From NCBI GenBank assembly GCA_000999095.1, contig LCFP01000005.1, positions 36,945 through 100,944 of the forward strand: a stretch of 64,000 bases of DNA, given 5' to 3'. Of the stretch, positions 28,182 through 38,328 are shown piece after piece. The stretch comes from Candidatus Gottesmanbacteria bacterium GW2011_GWA2_43_14 (GTDB lineage: Bacteria; Patescibacteriota; Microgenomatia; 2-02-FULL-39-11). Numbering within the stretch: position 1 is the first letter of the stretch; each line of letters begins with the position of its first letter. The notes under the pieces are model-generated. The model was not told the origin of the DNA and did no database searches. It saw nothing but the letters and a program-made list of their open reading frames with translations. Both the position numbers and the translations under genes were made by a program.

Positions 28182-29130
28182 GCTATTCTTCTCGGCCGGA
28201 CTTGATCAGGTTTTGAAATCGGATGAGGTAAAGGGCGGGGCCAACAGCCGTACATTGAAAGTTACTACGGATTCATCCGTCTATTTTTTGAAAATCTACC
28301 CTCAGAGCTTGGACGGTAGAAAGAGGTTAAAAAGGGAATACCAAGCTGTAAAATTTTTTAATAGTGCCGGTATAGACAGGGTGCCGGCGGCAGTTTATGC
28401 CGATTATGCGATACCCGCCGGAATTTACAGTTTTATTCCTGGTGACAGGGTAAATAATAATAATACGGAAATTGATGTAAAGGAGGCAATTGAGTTTATT
28501 TCAGGATTAAAGAAAGCATCCGGACTCAAATCGGCAGTTGATCTGCCTGATGCGTCCGAAGCCTGTTTTTCGGTCAGGGATGTCCTCGGTAATATAAAAA
28601 TAAGAAGGAACAGATTAGGGAAAATAAATCACCCGCACCTTAAGAAATTCCTGACGGAAAGATTCGACTTGGCTTTTGTGGAAATAACAGACAAGATTGT
28701 TGATTCGGAGTGTGCCGAAAAAATTTTAAGCCCTTCTGACTTCGGCTTCCATAATGCGATCAGGGGAGAGGATGGCCGGCTATATTTCATTGACATGGAG
28801 CATTTCGGTTGGGATGATCCGGTAAAATTGCTGTCTGATTTTTTATTGCATCCGGAAATGAAGCTTTCCGGCAAACTGAAAGAAAGCTTTCTGAGGCAAG
28901 CAAAACCTAGTTTTAAAACGGAAACTTTTGAGAGGCTGAAGATTGTTTATCCGTTGTTTGCCCTTAAATGGTCGCTTATAATGCTCAATGAGTTTACCCG
29001 TGAAGGCAGGCTTCGCCGTACACTGGCTCAAAAGTCTCCTGATGAAAGAGGCCAGTTAAAAAAGGCAGGGAAGATGCTGGAAAAAGCCTTGTCTGCCGGA
29101 CGGCGTTTTCCTTTCGCCTCAATATTATGA
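28150..29130 (+). CDS. Aminoglycoside-phosphotransferase/choline-kinase-fold small-molecule kinase
   Basis: Brenner-type HNAIRGEDGRLYFIDMEH catalytic loop and DFGF... motif. Confidence 0.6.
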   Translation: MQSKITFSVNKLFFSAGLDQVLKSDEVKGGANSRTLKVTTDSSVYFLKIYPQSLDGRKRLKREYQAVKFFNSAGIDRVPAAVYADYAIPAGIYSFIPGDRVNNNNTEIDVKEAIEFISGLKKASGLKSAVDLPDASEACFSVRDVLGNIKIRRNRLGKINHPHLKKFLTERFDLAFVEITDKIVDSECAEKILSPSDFGFHNAIRGEDGRLYFIDMEHFGWDDPVKLLSDFLLHPEMKLSGKLKESFLRQAKPSFKTETFERLKIVYPLFALKWSLIMLNEFTREGRLRRTLAQKSPDERGQLKKAGKMLEKALSAGRRFPFASIL

Positions 29131-29930
29131 ATAAAAGATCGAAAGACGTAAGAAGAACTGTTCTTGATATGCTTGCCTCGTCCAAACGCGGGCATCTCGG
29201 TTCGGCCTTTTCCATCACGGAAATTCTGCTGGTTTTGTATGACAGGATATTAAAATACAGACCCGACGAGCCGGAATGGCCCAATCGAGACCGTTTTATA
29301 CTCAGTAAAGGTCAGGGATGCCTTTCTTATTATGCTATTTTGGCTGAAAAAGGCTTTTTTCCTGAAAAAAAGCTAGTGACTTTTTGCCGTCTGGATACCT
29401 ATTTGGGCGGACATCCGGAAAAAAATATCCCCGGGGTGGAAATATCAACCGGCAGCCTGGGCCACGGTTTAGCGGTTGCCGTCGGCATGGCTTTAGCAGC
29501 CAAATTGGACAGGAAGAAGCACAGGGTTTTTGTGCTTATCGGCGACGGCGAATCAAACGAAGGGTCAGTTTGGGAAGCCGCTCTTTATGCTGCGAAACAC
29601 CGTCTCGACAACCTGACGGTTCTGGTTGATTACAACAAAATGCAGTCCTGGGGGCCGACCAGGGAAATCCTGGATCTGGAGCCCCTTGCGGATAAATGGC
29701 GGGCATTCGGTTTTGCCGTCAGGGAAGCTGACGGACACGATACCAACGGGATATACCGTTCTTTGCATAAATTGCCTTTTAAAAAAAATAAGCCGAATCT
29801 TTTGATTTGCCATACGGTTAAAGGAAAGGGCATTAAAAGTTGCGAGAATAATCCCGAATGGCATCACCGCCGGGGATTAGAAGGGAAGATAATGAATGAT
29901 TTATACCGGGGATTGGAGGAATACAGATGA
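29127..29930 (+). CDS. Transketolase, N-terminal (TPP-binding) subunit
   Basis: GHLGSAFSITEILLVLYD and GDGESNEGSVWEA motifs; 267 aa, the split-transketolase form. Confidence 0.85.
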   Translation: MNKRSKDVRRTVLDMLASSKRGHLGSAFSITEILLVLYDRILKYRPDEPEWPNRDRFILSKGQGCLSYYAILAEKGFFPEKKLVTFCRLDTYLGGHPEKNIPGVEISTGSLGHGLAVAVGMALAAKLDRKKHRVFVLIGDGESNEGSVWEAALYAAKHRLDNLTVLVDYNKMQSWGPTREILDLEPLADKWRAFGFAVREADGHDTNGIYRSLHKLPFKKNKPNLLICHTVKGKGIKSCENNPEWHHRRGLEGKIMNDLYRGLEEYR

Positions 29931-30844
29931 GGAAAATGAGTCTGGAGATGGTTTACCGGCTTGCAAAAAAGGACAGGCGCGTCTTTTTTATCGGTTCCGA
30001 TCTTGGTTTTGGCACCCTTTTGCAATTTGAGAAAGAGCTGCCAGGGCAGTTTTTAAAAGAAGGCGTCAGCGAAGCTTATATTATCGGTCTTGCCGCAGGT
30101 TTGGCCCTTGAAGGCAAAATCGTTTATATCAATACCATTGCCACTTTTCTCACACGGCGCTGTTTCGAGCAGATTGTGGTTGATCTGGCCCTTCATAGAG
30201 CTAAAGTCAGATTAATCGGCAGCGGCGGCGGTTTGGTTTATGCGCCTTTGGGACCGACGCATCTGGCCATCGAAGATATCGCCATCATGCGGGCCATTCC
30301 CAACATGACGGTTATCGCCTGCGCCGACAGCCGGGAAATGGAAAAAATGATGTTAAAAACGGTTGACTGGCCCGGCCCGATTTACATCAGGCTGGCAAAA
30401 GGCAGTGATCCTCTTGTTACCCGCGGCGGTTTCACAATCGGCAGGGCATACGTTTATGCCCGGGGCAAAGATGTGCTTTTGGTGACAACCGGTATTACTT
30501 TGCAGCTGGCCCTCGAGGCTAAGGAAATATTGGGCAAGAAAAATGTCAAAGCAGGCATCCTGCATGTGCCCACCTTGAAACCCCTGGACAAAAAAACCAT
30601 AATAAAGACCGTCAGGGCCTATCCGGCAGTAATTTCCGTCGAGGAGCATTCATTAATCGGAGGACTGGGATCGGGTATTGCCGAAATTATCAGTGAAGCT
30701 GATTTTATCGGCAGAAAACTATTCAGAAGAATTGCATTACCTGATGAATTTCCGGAAGGCTACGGTTCACAAAAAGAGCAGCTTCTGGATAAGAGGATTA
30801 CAGTTGCAGAAATCGTTAAGACTGCGGAAAAGTTGCTGAAATGA
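29927..30844 (+). CDS. Transketolase, C-terminal (pyrimidine-binding/C-terminal domain) subunit
   Basis: 305 aa, ATGA-coupled to the N-terminal subunit; pyrimidine-binding-domain-like sequence. Confidence 0.85.
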   Translation: MRKMSLEMVYRLAKKDRRVFFIGSDLGFGTLLQFEKELPGQFLKEGVSEAYIIGLAAGLALEGKIVYINTIATFLTRRCFEQIVVDLALHRAKVRLIGSGGGLVYAPLGPTHLAIEDIAIMRAIPNMTVIACADSREMEKMMLKTVDWPGPIYIRLAKGSDPLVTRGGFTIGRAYVYARGKDVLLVTTGITLQLALEAKEILGKKNVKAGILHVPTLKPLDKKTIIKTVRAYPAVISVEEHSLIGGLGSGIAEIISEADFIGRKLFRRIALPDEFPEGYGSQKEQLLDKRITVAEIVKTAEKLLK

Positions 30845-31716
30845 CCAAAAAAATACTGATTCTGGGAGGCTCGAGCTTTATCGGCGGGCATTTTCTCAAT
30901 CGCTTGGGAAATCAGGCAACCGGCACCTACAATTCCAGAAAAATTCCCGGAGGCATAAAATTTGATGCAGTCAGACAAAATTTGTCCCAGGTAATCAAGA
31001 ATCCTCAGGAGTTTACCGCTGCCGTAATACTTTTGGGAGATACCCATCCTGATTCCTGCGCCAAAGATAAAAAACGATCCGAATTGCTCAATGTTAAAAG
31101 TATCAAAGAAATAGTCAGAACACTGAATCAATGGCAGTTGCCGCTGATTTTTACTTCAACGGAGTTTGTCTACGACGGCAAAAAAGGAAACTATACGGAA
31201 AAGGAGGTGCCCCGCCCGATCTTAACTTACGGTAAGCAGAAAGTGGCAGTGGAAAAATTTATCCAAAAAATTTGCCCTCAACATATAATTGTCAGGTTTG
31301 GTAAAGTCTACGGATCGGAAAGGGATGACGGCACTCTCTTTACTGATTGGATAAATCAGCTCAAGACGGAAAAAAGCATCAGGGTGGCGGCTGACCAGAT
31401 TTTCAGTCCGGTTTATGTCGAGGATGTTGTCCGGGCAATATTAAAATTGTTGGAAAAAAAAGCCTGGGGCTTATACAATTTGGGAAATGAAAGTGGTTTT
31501 AGCCGTTTACAGCTTTTGAAAATGCTGATAAGCAAAATGAATGACAAACAGGCCGACGGTGTTAAAATTACCGCCTGCAGCATTGATGATTTCCCATTGC
31601 TTGAGAAAAGACCGAAGAATGTTTCTTTAAACACAAATAAAATCAGGAGAATCACAGGAATAAATATCCGTCCTGTCGGTCAGGTGTGTGAATTAATTGT
31701 AAATAAGTTGCGTTAA
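30841..31716 (+). CDS. NAD(P)-dependent sugar-nucleotide reductase/epimerase (RmlD-like SDR)
   Basis: ILILGGSSFIGGHF Rossmann motif and YGKQK catalytic YxxxK; 291 aa. Confidence 0.6.
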   Translation: MTKKILILGGSSFIGGHFLNRLGNQATGTYNSRKIPGGIKFDAVRQNLSQVIKNPQEFTAAVILLGDTHPDSCAKDKKRSELLNVKSIKEIVRTLNQWQLPLIFTSTEFVYDGKKGNYTEKEVPRPILTYGKQKVAVEKFIQKICPQHIIVRFGKVYGSERDDGTLFTDWINQLKTEKSIRVAADQIFSPVYVEDVVRAILKLLEKKAWGLYNLGNESGFSRLQLLKMLISKMNDKQADGVKITACSIDDFPLLEKRPKNVSLNTNKIRRITGINIRPVGQVCELIVNKLR

Positions 31717-31717
31717 G

Positions 31718-32263
31718 ATGATTCCGTTTAAAAGCATAAAAGTAAATCATGACAAGCTGGGCAGAAGCCTGACGTATATAGCTGTAGCAAAAAATCCGCT
31801 GCTGTCCGGGGTAACTATTCAGGAGATGCTCAAGCTCTCACAGAGAAAAAACAATTGCGATCTCAGAATTTGCCTTCATCGCAATACCGATGAGCATCTT
31901 CACCAGATGATTATTTTGCACCACAAGGGGATATACAGAAGGCCGCAGAAGCATATTTATCGCGATGAAGCGTACCAGATAATTGCGGGCAGGATGGTTT
32001 TATTCCTCTTTGACGCAAAAGGAAACGTAAACAATGCGGAAATCTTAGCTAAAAATGGTAATTTTATTTGCCGTATTGGCAGAGGTTTTTGGCATCTGAC
32101 CATTCCCTTGACAGCTTATGTTATATTTCAGGAGATAAAATCAGGTAAATTCAACCGCAGTCTGGATGCGGTTTATCCGTCCTGGGCTCCGGCAGGTGAT
32201 AATCAAGCTGAAAACAAAGTTTATTACCAAAAATTATTAAAGAGAGTAATAAAAACAGGATGA
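31718..32263 (+). CDS. Cupin-like protein (WbuC-like, polysaccharide-cluster associated); function unknown
   Basis: 181-aa ORF with His-rich beta-strand motifs (HRNTDEHLHQMIILHHKG). Assignment is tentative. Confidence 0.35.
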   Translation: MIPFKSIKVNHDKLGRSLTYIAVAKNPLLSGVTIQEMLKLSQRKNNCDLRICLHRNTDEHLHQMIILHHKGIYRRPQKHIYRDEAYQIIAGRMVLFLFDAKGNVNNAEILAKNGNFICRIGRGFWHLTIPLTAYVIFQEIKSGKFNRSLDAVYPSWAPAGDNQAENKVYYQKLLKRVIKTG

Positions 32264-32913
32264 TCATAAGCATAATTACGCCGCTGCATAAAAGGACCAA
32301 ACGGGACTATCTGGGCAGAATGCAGGATGACAAAGTCCATTGCATGAAGGTTGCCAAAAAATACGGCCGGGATTACTGGGACGGGGACAGAAGGTACGGC
32401 TACGGCGGATATAAATATGACGGCCGCTGGTCGGTGGTGGCAGACAAACTTATCAAAAAGTATAAACTGACGAATAAATCAAAAATTCTGGACGTCGGCT
32501 GCGGCAAAGGTTTTCTTCTTTATGAAATTAAAAAACTGTTGCCCGGGGCAAGTGTTGCCGGATTCGATATATCACGTTACGGATTGAAAAACAGCAAAAA
32601 AGAAATCAGGCAGTATTTACATTACGGCCGGGCTGAAGGCAAATATCCGTATAAAAACAGGGAATTTGACCTGGTAATTTCCATAACTGCGCTGCATAAT
32701 CTGACTTTACCTAAACTGTCACGGGCTTTGGCGGAAATTGAGAGGGTGGGAAGACAGAAATACCTGGCTGTCGAAAGTTACCGCAATGAAAAAGAGCTCT
32801 TCAATCTGGAGTGCTGGGCTCTGACCTGCGAAGCATTTTTCGATAAGGAAAGCTGGATATGGGTACTTAAGCATTTCGGTTATACAGGGGACTTTGAATT
32901 TATCTATTTTTGA
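32260..32913 (+). CDS. Class I SAM-dependent methyltransferase
   Basis: ILDVGCGKGFLLYE (motif I) and DLVISITALHNL. Confidence 0.65.
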   Translation: MIISIITPLHKRTKRDYLGRMQDDKVHCMKVAKKYGRDYWDGDRRYGYGGYKYDGRWSVVADKLIKKYKLTNKSKILDVGCGKGFLLYEIKKLLPGASVAGFDISRYGLKNSKKEIRQYLHYGRAEGKYPYKNREFDLVISITALHNLTLPKLSRALAEIERVGRQKYLAVESYRNEKELFNLECWALTCEAFFDKESWIWVLKHFGYTGDFEFIYF

Positions 32914-33944
32914 ATGATATGAAAGCGGCCATTTTAGTCAAGCAAAAAGCGCCTCTGGAAATCGGGGAAATAGAGCTTCCCGGGTTTCTTGAATACGGCC
33001 AGGTGCTTGTCAGGGTTATCTTCAGCTCCATCTGCGGTGCCCAGATCAATGAAATTGACGGCACAAAAGGAGAAGATAAATTCCTGCCGCATCTTCTGGG
33101 TCATGAAGGCAGCGGAGTGGTCGAAGATACCGGAAGCGGGGTCACCAGGGTAAAAAAAGGCGACCGGGTGATCATGCATTGGCGCCAAGGATCCGGTATC
33201 CAGTCGCCAACACCCAGTTACCTGTGGGGAGGAAAGAAAGTAAATGCCGGCTGGGTGACCACTTTCAATGAATATGCCGTTGTCTCCGAAAACCGTCTGA
33301 CACCTGTTGCGGAAGATACTGATTTAAAAACAGCTGTTCTTTACGGCTGCGCTCTGACGACGGGCTTTGGTGTGGTTCATCATGATTCAAAATTAAAAAG
33401 CGGCGAATCGGCGGTAATTTTCGGGGCCGGGGGCGCCGGGTGCGGCATTATTATGATGGCCAAACTGGTAAATGCCAATCCGATTGTGGCTGTTGATATC
33501 AATAAATTCAAGCTGGGAAAAGCTTCCGCATACGGAGCTACCCATACCTTTATAAACTCTTCCCGGATCAGGCAGGATCTGGAAAAAATCATAGGCAGGC
33601 AGGGAGCTGACGTAACCATTGACACGACCGGCATAAACTCCATCCGCGAGCTGGCCTATGAATCTGCATCTTCCGCCGGCCGCACAATTCTGGTGGGTGT
33701 ACCCAAAAAAGGGGAGAAGATGGCAATTGATTCATTTCCTTTGCATTTCGATAAAGTCCTGACGGGCTCATTCGGCGGCGATGTCAATCCGGGACTGGTG
33801 ATACCCAAACTTATGAATCTGCAAAAACTGGGTATTTATAACCCCCAGGGCATGATTACCAAGACCTATCCTTTGGCTAAAGTCAATGAAGCCATTTCCG
33901 AAGTAAGGAACGGCGATGTCATCCGCGTGGCCATAAGACTATGA
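32910..33944 (+). CDS. Zinc-dependent alcohol/sugar dehydrogenase (MDR family)
   Basis: GHEGSGVVEDTG zinc-ligand motif and IFGAGGAGCG NAD-binding motif. Confidence 0.8.
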   Translation: MNDMKAAILVKQKAPLEIGEIELPGFLEYGQVLVRVIFSSICGAQINEIDGTKGEDKFLPHLLGHEGSGVVEDTGSGVTRVKKGDRVIMHWRQGSGIQSPTPSYLWGGKKVNAGWVTTFNEYAVVSENRLTPVAEDTDLKTAVLYGCALTTGFGVVHHDSKLKSGESAVIFGAGGAGCGIIMMAKLVNANPIVAVDINKFKLGKASAYGATHTFINSSRIRQDLEKIIGRQGADVTIDTTGINSIRELAYESASSAGRTILVGVPKKGEKMAIDSFPLHFDKVLTGSFGGDVNPGLVIPKLMNLQKLGIYNPQGMITKTYPLAKVNEAISEVRNGDVIRVAIRL

Positions 33945-33957
33945 GCCTTTTTATATT

Positions 33958-34944
33958 ATGAAATGCATAGTGACCGGCGGGACCGGTTTTATCGGCAGCC
34001 ATTTAGTCAAAAGACTGCTGGTAGACGGGCATACCGTCAGGCTTTTGGACAGCCATAATCCAGGAGAAGATGATTCCGTTCTTTTTAAAAAATACGGCAG
34101 GAAATACCTATTTAAAAAATGTGATATCTCAGATAAAAAGCAGCTTAAACAGTCTTATTTCAGCGGTATCGATTGGGTATTCCACCTGGCCGGCATGTCC
34201 AATATCGTTCCGTCAATTGAACAGCCGGAACTCTACCACAGGATTAATGTTTCCGGTACAGTTTATATCCTTGAAGCATCGCGAAGAGCAGGCATAAAAA
34301 AATTCCTCTATGCCGCTTCGTCTTCCTGTTACGGCATTCCCGATAAATATCCGACTCCGGAATCAGCACCGATCCGACCCCAATACCCGTATGCCCTGAC
34401 CAAGTATCTGGGAGAAGTTTATGCATTGCACTATGCAGCTGTGTATAAACTTCCGGTTGTTTCTTTGCGTCTCTTTAATGTCTACGGGCCGAAAGTGCGC
34501 ACCTACGGCACTTATGGTCCGGTCATCTCCATTTTTCTGGCGCAGAAAATGAACGGTAAACCGATGACGGTTGTGGGGAACGGCAGGCAAACCAGAGATT
34601 TTACCTATGTTTCGGATGTGACGGAAGCATTTTTGAAAGCAGCCCAATCAAAAATAACTGCCGGTTTTTTCAATGTCGGCAGCGGCGGGAGTTATTCCAT
34701 AAATCAGATGGTGAAAATAATCGGCGGGGAAGTCGTTTATATTCCCAAAAGGCCGGGGGAACCGGACAGTACTTATGCCGATATCACTAAAATCAAAAAT
34801 GCGCTCAATTGGCAGCCGAAAGTCACCTTTTCTCAAGGTATGAAGTTGGTTTTGGAAAACAGCGCTTACTGGAAGTCTGCCCCCGTCTGGACGCCCAAGT
34901 CCATCGAAAAAGCCACCCGCGGCTGGTTTAAATACCTCTCGTAA
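33958..34944 (+). CDS. NAD-dependent epimerase/dehydratase (extended SDR; UDP-sugar 4-epimerase/decarboxylase-like)
   Basis: IVTGGTGFIGSHLV and YALTKYLGE (YxxxK) motifs. Confidence 0.8.
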   Translation: MKCIVTGGTGFIGSHLVKRLLVDGHTVRLLDSHNPGEDDSVLFKKYGRKYLFKKCDISDKKQLKQSYFSGIDWVFHLAGMSNIVPSIEQPELYHRINVSGTVYILEASRRAGIKKFLYAASSSCYGIPDKYPTPESAPIRPQYPYALTKYLGEVYALHYAAVYKLPVVSLRLFNVYGPKVRTYGTYGPVISIFLAQKMNGKPMTVVGNGRQTRDFTYVSDVTEAFLKAAQSKITAGFFNVGSGGSYSINQMVKIIGGEVVYIPKRPGEPDSTYADITKIKNALNWQPKVTFSQGMKLVLENSAYWKSAPVWTPKSIEKATRGWFKYLS

Positions 34945-34991
34945 CACCTACGAGGAGTCAAAGTCGTTGCTTTGCCACCTCCTAGGAGTTA

Positions 34992-36071
34992 CTAATTAGA
35001 TGTCGTAAAGTCTTCTTCGGCCAGGTAACCCAGGGGAATATATGTAGCCAGGATTGTCGCGTCATTTGATTTAAGCGACATCGTGTCCTCAACAAGTTTC
35101 ACTCCCTGTTGCCTTACTTCCAGCAAGTATTTGCTGTCCTTATCTATCAGTTTTCCCTGTTCGTCATGAAGACGGGCATGCTGGTGGGGATAGATGACCT
35201 CGTCAGGCCGGAAAACAGCCATCAACCTGCCGAAATTATCGATGACTGTTTTCCGTTCATAGGTTAGAGGTGAGATCCGGCTGTCCAGATGATGGATGCG
35301 CCAATTGGCTTCGGCATGGCCAACCATGACTACGGTTTTGCTTGCCTTTTTAGCTTCAGAAACAGCATTTAAGCTGTCACGGATGAATTGTTCATTGATT
35401 TCTTCAGAACGCAGAAGAGTAATGTAAGGAAAAAGAAGATGCACCGAGGATTTTGATTGGAGAAGAGAAGGCCTGTTGATAAAAGGGTATCCCCGGGATT
35501 TAAAAAAAGCCTGAGTATCAAAAACATCAGGAATGTCATTACCGGCAACAGCCCTGACTCCGCTTATTTCCGGATTGTCCCAATTGCCTTCCAGTATACA
35601 GATTTTGGTTTGGGGATTTTTGATTTTTTTTATGATTTTCAGCAGGCGTTCCGCATGGGGTTTCAGAGTTGACAGCAGTTCCCAGCGCTTGGCTTGAGGG
35701 AGAGTAGCCGCCCAATCGCCGAAATACGCATATTTCCGATAGACGCTGTCTTTGTTTGACTCTTTATCATCGTAGAAGTGCTTCTTCAGCTTTTCGATTT
35801 CCGGTGAGCCGCTGATGTCGCCTGTGAAAATCAGATAATCAGGCGGATTTTCGGCGACCTGCTCCAACCGGTTATAAATTGTCTCATTCCCGCCATGAAG
35901 ACAGCCGACATAAATAAACCGTTCCGGAAAAACTTCTGTCTCCGGTGAAGGTTTGGTGACCACATGCGCTTTATGCCGGAAGCCAACCAGAGGGCCTATG
36001 AACGATGAGTGCCTGTCGGGCTTGTCCGGAGTTAACCAGCCTGAAAATTTCTTAGGGTTGTTTGTCCCCAT
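34992..36071 (-). CDS. Calcineurin-like metallophosphoesterase
   Basis: VGCLHG, FTGDISG and ILEGNWD (GNH[DE]-like) motifs. Confidence 0.7.
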   Translation of the reverse strand: MGTNNPKKFSGWLTPDKPDRHSSFIGPLVGFRHKAHVVTKPSPETEVFPERFIYVGCLHGGNETIYNRLEQVAENPPDYLIFTGDISGSPEIEKLKKHFYDDKESNKDSVYRKYAYFGDWAATLPQAKRWELLSTLKPHAERLLKIIKKIKNPQTKICILEGNWDNPEISGVRAVAGNDIPDVFDTQAFFKSRGYPFINRPSLLQSKSSVHLLFPYITLLRSEEINEQFIRDSLNAVSEAKKASKTVVMVGHAEANWRIHHLDSRISPLTYERKTVIDNFGRLMAVFRPDEVIYPHQHARLHDEQGKLIDKDSKYLLEVRQQGVKLVEDTMSLKSNDATILATYIPLGYLAEEDFTTSN

Positions 36072-36080
36072 TTAAAAAAT

Positions 36081-36473
36081 CTACCACACTCTTTTAAGAC
36101 CTGACAATCGGTAGATGTCGAAGCCTTTGTCTTTTGACAGGAGAGTAAAGTTGCCGGAAATTGCCTGCCAAGCGAGCATCAAATCAAAGGGATCTTTATT
36201 TTTTATCCTTGGGAGTTTATAAAAAGTTGCGGCCGTTTCTGAGTCTAAATCCAAAACTGTAAAACCGGTTTTTATTGACGATTCGCGAATCTCATCCGGT
36301 TTCACATTTTGAAGATTCAACTTACCGATCGTATATTTTAAAGAAATTTCCCAAAAAGATACCACGCTTATCCACGATGTATTATCCAGAATTATTTTTT
36401 TTACCTTTAGGGAGAGTTTTTCAGGCGATACCAGAGCCCAGATGAGGGTATGAGTATCCAGCAGATAATTCAT
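36081..36473 (-). CDS. vapC: PIN-domain toxin (VapC)
   Basis: MNYLLDTHTLIWAL N-terminus; 4-nt overlap with the upstream antitoxin. Confidence 0.8.
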   Translation of the reverse strand: MNYLLDTHTLIWALVSPEKLSLKVKKIILDNTSWISVVSFWEISLKYTIGKLNLQNVKPDEIRESSIKTGFTVLDLDSETAATFYKLPRIKNKDPFDLMLAWQAISGNFTLLSKDKGFDIYRLSGLKRVW

Positions 36474-36709
36474 AACTTGAGAAATTCATCAACAGTCATT
36501 TTGAAGTCTTTGGCGAATTCGACTGAGACTTTTCCTTTCAAAATTCCCAGTTGTACCTTTTTCTTTTTCTGGTAATCCTTATAAGGAATCATGACTCCTA
36601 TCTTTTCTTTTTTTTTGCCGTAAGAAACTACTGTTTCTTTTCCCTGAAGCAGAGACTCAACAACTTCGGAAAATTTGGCTTTGAATTCGCCGACAGATAA
36701 AACTTTCAT
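36470..36709 (-). CDS. vapB: Antitoxin (Phd/YefM- or VapB-type) paired with the PIN toxin
   Basis: 79-aa ORF immediately upstream of and overlapping the PIN gene. Confidence 0.55.
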   Translation of the reverse strand: MKVLSVGEFKAKFSEVVESLLQGKETVVSYGKKKEKIGVMIPYKDYQKKKKVQLGILKGKVSVEFAKDFKMTVDEFLKL

Positions 36710-36729
36710 GCAATTATTCTAATATTATC

Positions 36730-38328
36730 TTGTCAAGTTGTCAAGATAGAAAGGACTTGAATGGAAAGAAAGAAGTAGTTATATTACAGGTCATGAGCAG
36801 GGCAGGCAAGATAAAACGGATCAATGAATTGGCTAAGATTGCCCTTAACCTCAGGAAAACCGGAAAGAAAATAGTCCATTGCCACGGAGTCTTTGATCTT
36901 CTCCATCCGGGTCATATCAGACATCTGGAAAGCGCTAAAAAAAACGGGGATGTTTTGGTGGTGACTGTTACGGCTGATGCTTACGTGACCAAGGGTCCGG
37001 GCAGGCCGATTTTTAACCATAATTTACGGGCAGAAGTATTGTCAGCCCTGGAACAGATCGATTATGTATCAATTGTCGAGTCTGATTCTGCCGTCCCAGC
37101 CATCAGAAAGATAAAACCCGACTTTTATGTCAAAGGACCGGATTACCGGAAACGCCGGAATATAAAAGATTTGCCGCAAAAACTGGCGGATGAGGAAAAA
37201 GCGGTAAAAGCGGCCGGGGGCAAGCTTATTTTTTCCCATGATGATATCATTTACAGCTCATCCAAATTGATCAACCAGTACCTGGATGTCTTTCCTCCCA
37301 AAACCAGGCATTATTTGGAAACAATCGGCCGGAAATATACCTCTGATGATATTGCTGGAAAACTCTTAAAGCTGAAACCGCTGAAAGTTTTGATCATCGG
37401 GGATGCCATCATCGACCAGTATGTTTACTGTCTTCCCCTGGGAAAATCGTCCAAAGAACCGATTATGGTCCACCGTCATATTACTGAAGAATCCTATTTG
37501 GGCGGCTCTTTGGCAGCTGCCAATCATATGAGCTCTTTAAGCGGCAACGTGGAAATATTGAGCGTATTAGGCTCCAAAAATTCCTTTGAAAATTTCATCG
37601 GCAAAAATTTAAATCACACCGTTAAAAGACAGTTCTATTTTTGGGAAGACAGGGAAACCATAGTCAAGCGGCGTTTCCTGGACGCCTTTACCAAGCAGAA
37701 ACTTTTCCAGATTTCCTATCTGGGGGAGGATGATATTCCGAAAGTTGTCGAGGATAAAATTATGAATTATCTCAGGAAAAACCTGAATAGTTTCGACCTG
37801 GTGGTTGTTTATGATTTCGGTCACGGACTGTTTACCCCTAAAATCGTTAAATATCTATGCTCCAAAGCACCCTTCCTTGCTCTAAACGTTCAGGCCAACA
37901 GCGCCAATTACGGATTCAATATTATTACCAAATACTCCCGGGCCGATTATATCTGCATCGACGAGCAGGAAATCAGACTGGCCACCCATAAAAAGCACGA
38001 TGATTTAAGGCAACTGATAAGAAAGATTTATAAGAAAATGAAGTGCAGAAATATGATCATTACCCGCGGTCCATACGGCAGCGACGGTTATTTCCGCGGT
38101 AAAGGATTTTTGAACAGCCCGGCTTTGACCGATAAAATTGTCGACAGGGTCGGGGCTGGAGATGCTTTGTTCGCCGTTACCGCTCCCTGCATGGCGAAAG
38201 GATTGGAAAACGACCTGACCGCTTTTATCGGCAATGTGGCAGGCGCTTTGCAGATTCAGACAGTCGGGAATAAGAAACCGGTAGAATTTGCCGAGATGAT
38301 AAAATTCGTCAATAGGTTGCTGAAATGA
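36730..38328 (+). CDS. Bifunctional sugar-phosphate nucleotidyltransferase (HxGH cytidylyltransferase fold, N-terminal) plus PfkB-family sugar kinase (C-terminal); HldE-like with reversed domain order
   Basis: N-terminal HCHGVFDLLHPGHIRHLESAKKNGDVLVVTVTADAYV matches the RfaE-II/HldE adenylyltransferase domain. C-terminal DRVGAGDALFAV matches the PfkB anion-hole motif. Confidence 0.75.
   Translation: MSSCQDRKDLNGKKEVVILQVMSRAGKIKRINELAKIALNLRKTGKKIVHCHGVFDLLHPGHIRHLESAKKNGDVLVVTVTADAYVTKGPGRPIFNHNLRAEVLSALEQIDYVSIVESDSAVPAIRKIKPDFYVKGPDYRKRRNIKDLPQKLADEEKAVKAAGGKLIFSHDDIIYSSSKLINQYLDVFPPKTRHYLETIGRKYTSDDIAGKLLKLKPLKVLIIGDAIIDQYVYCLPLGKSSKEPIMVHRHITEESYLGGSLAAANHMSSLSGNVEILSVLGSKNSFENFIGKNLNHTVKRQFYFWEDRETIVKRRFLDAFTKQKLFQISYLGEDDIPKVVEDKIMNYLRKNLNSFDLVVVYDFGHGLFTPKIVKYLCSKAPFLALNVQANSANYGFNIITKYSRADYICIDEQEIRLATHKKHDDLRQLIRKIYKKMKCRNMIITRGPYGSDGYFRGKGFLNSPALTDKIVDRVGAGDALFAVTAPCMAKGLENDLTAFIGNVAGALQIQTVGNKKPVEFAEMIKFVNRLLK

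Noticed and set aside
34945-34991. Possible terminator hairpin between convergent genes (AGGAG...CTCCT)
   Set aside because: Stem is only 5 bp with a ~24-nt loop and no flanking U-tract. Not a convincing intrinsic terminator.
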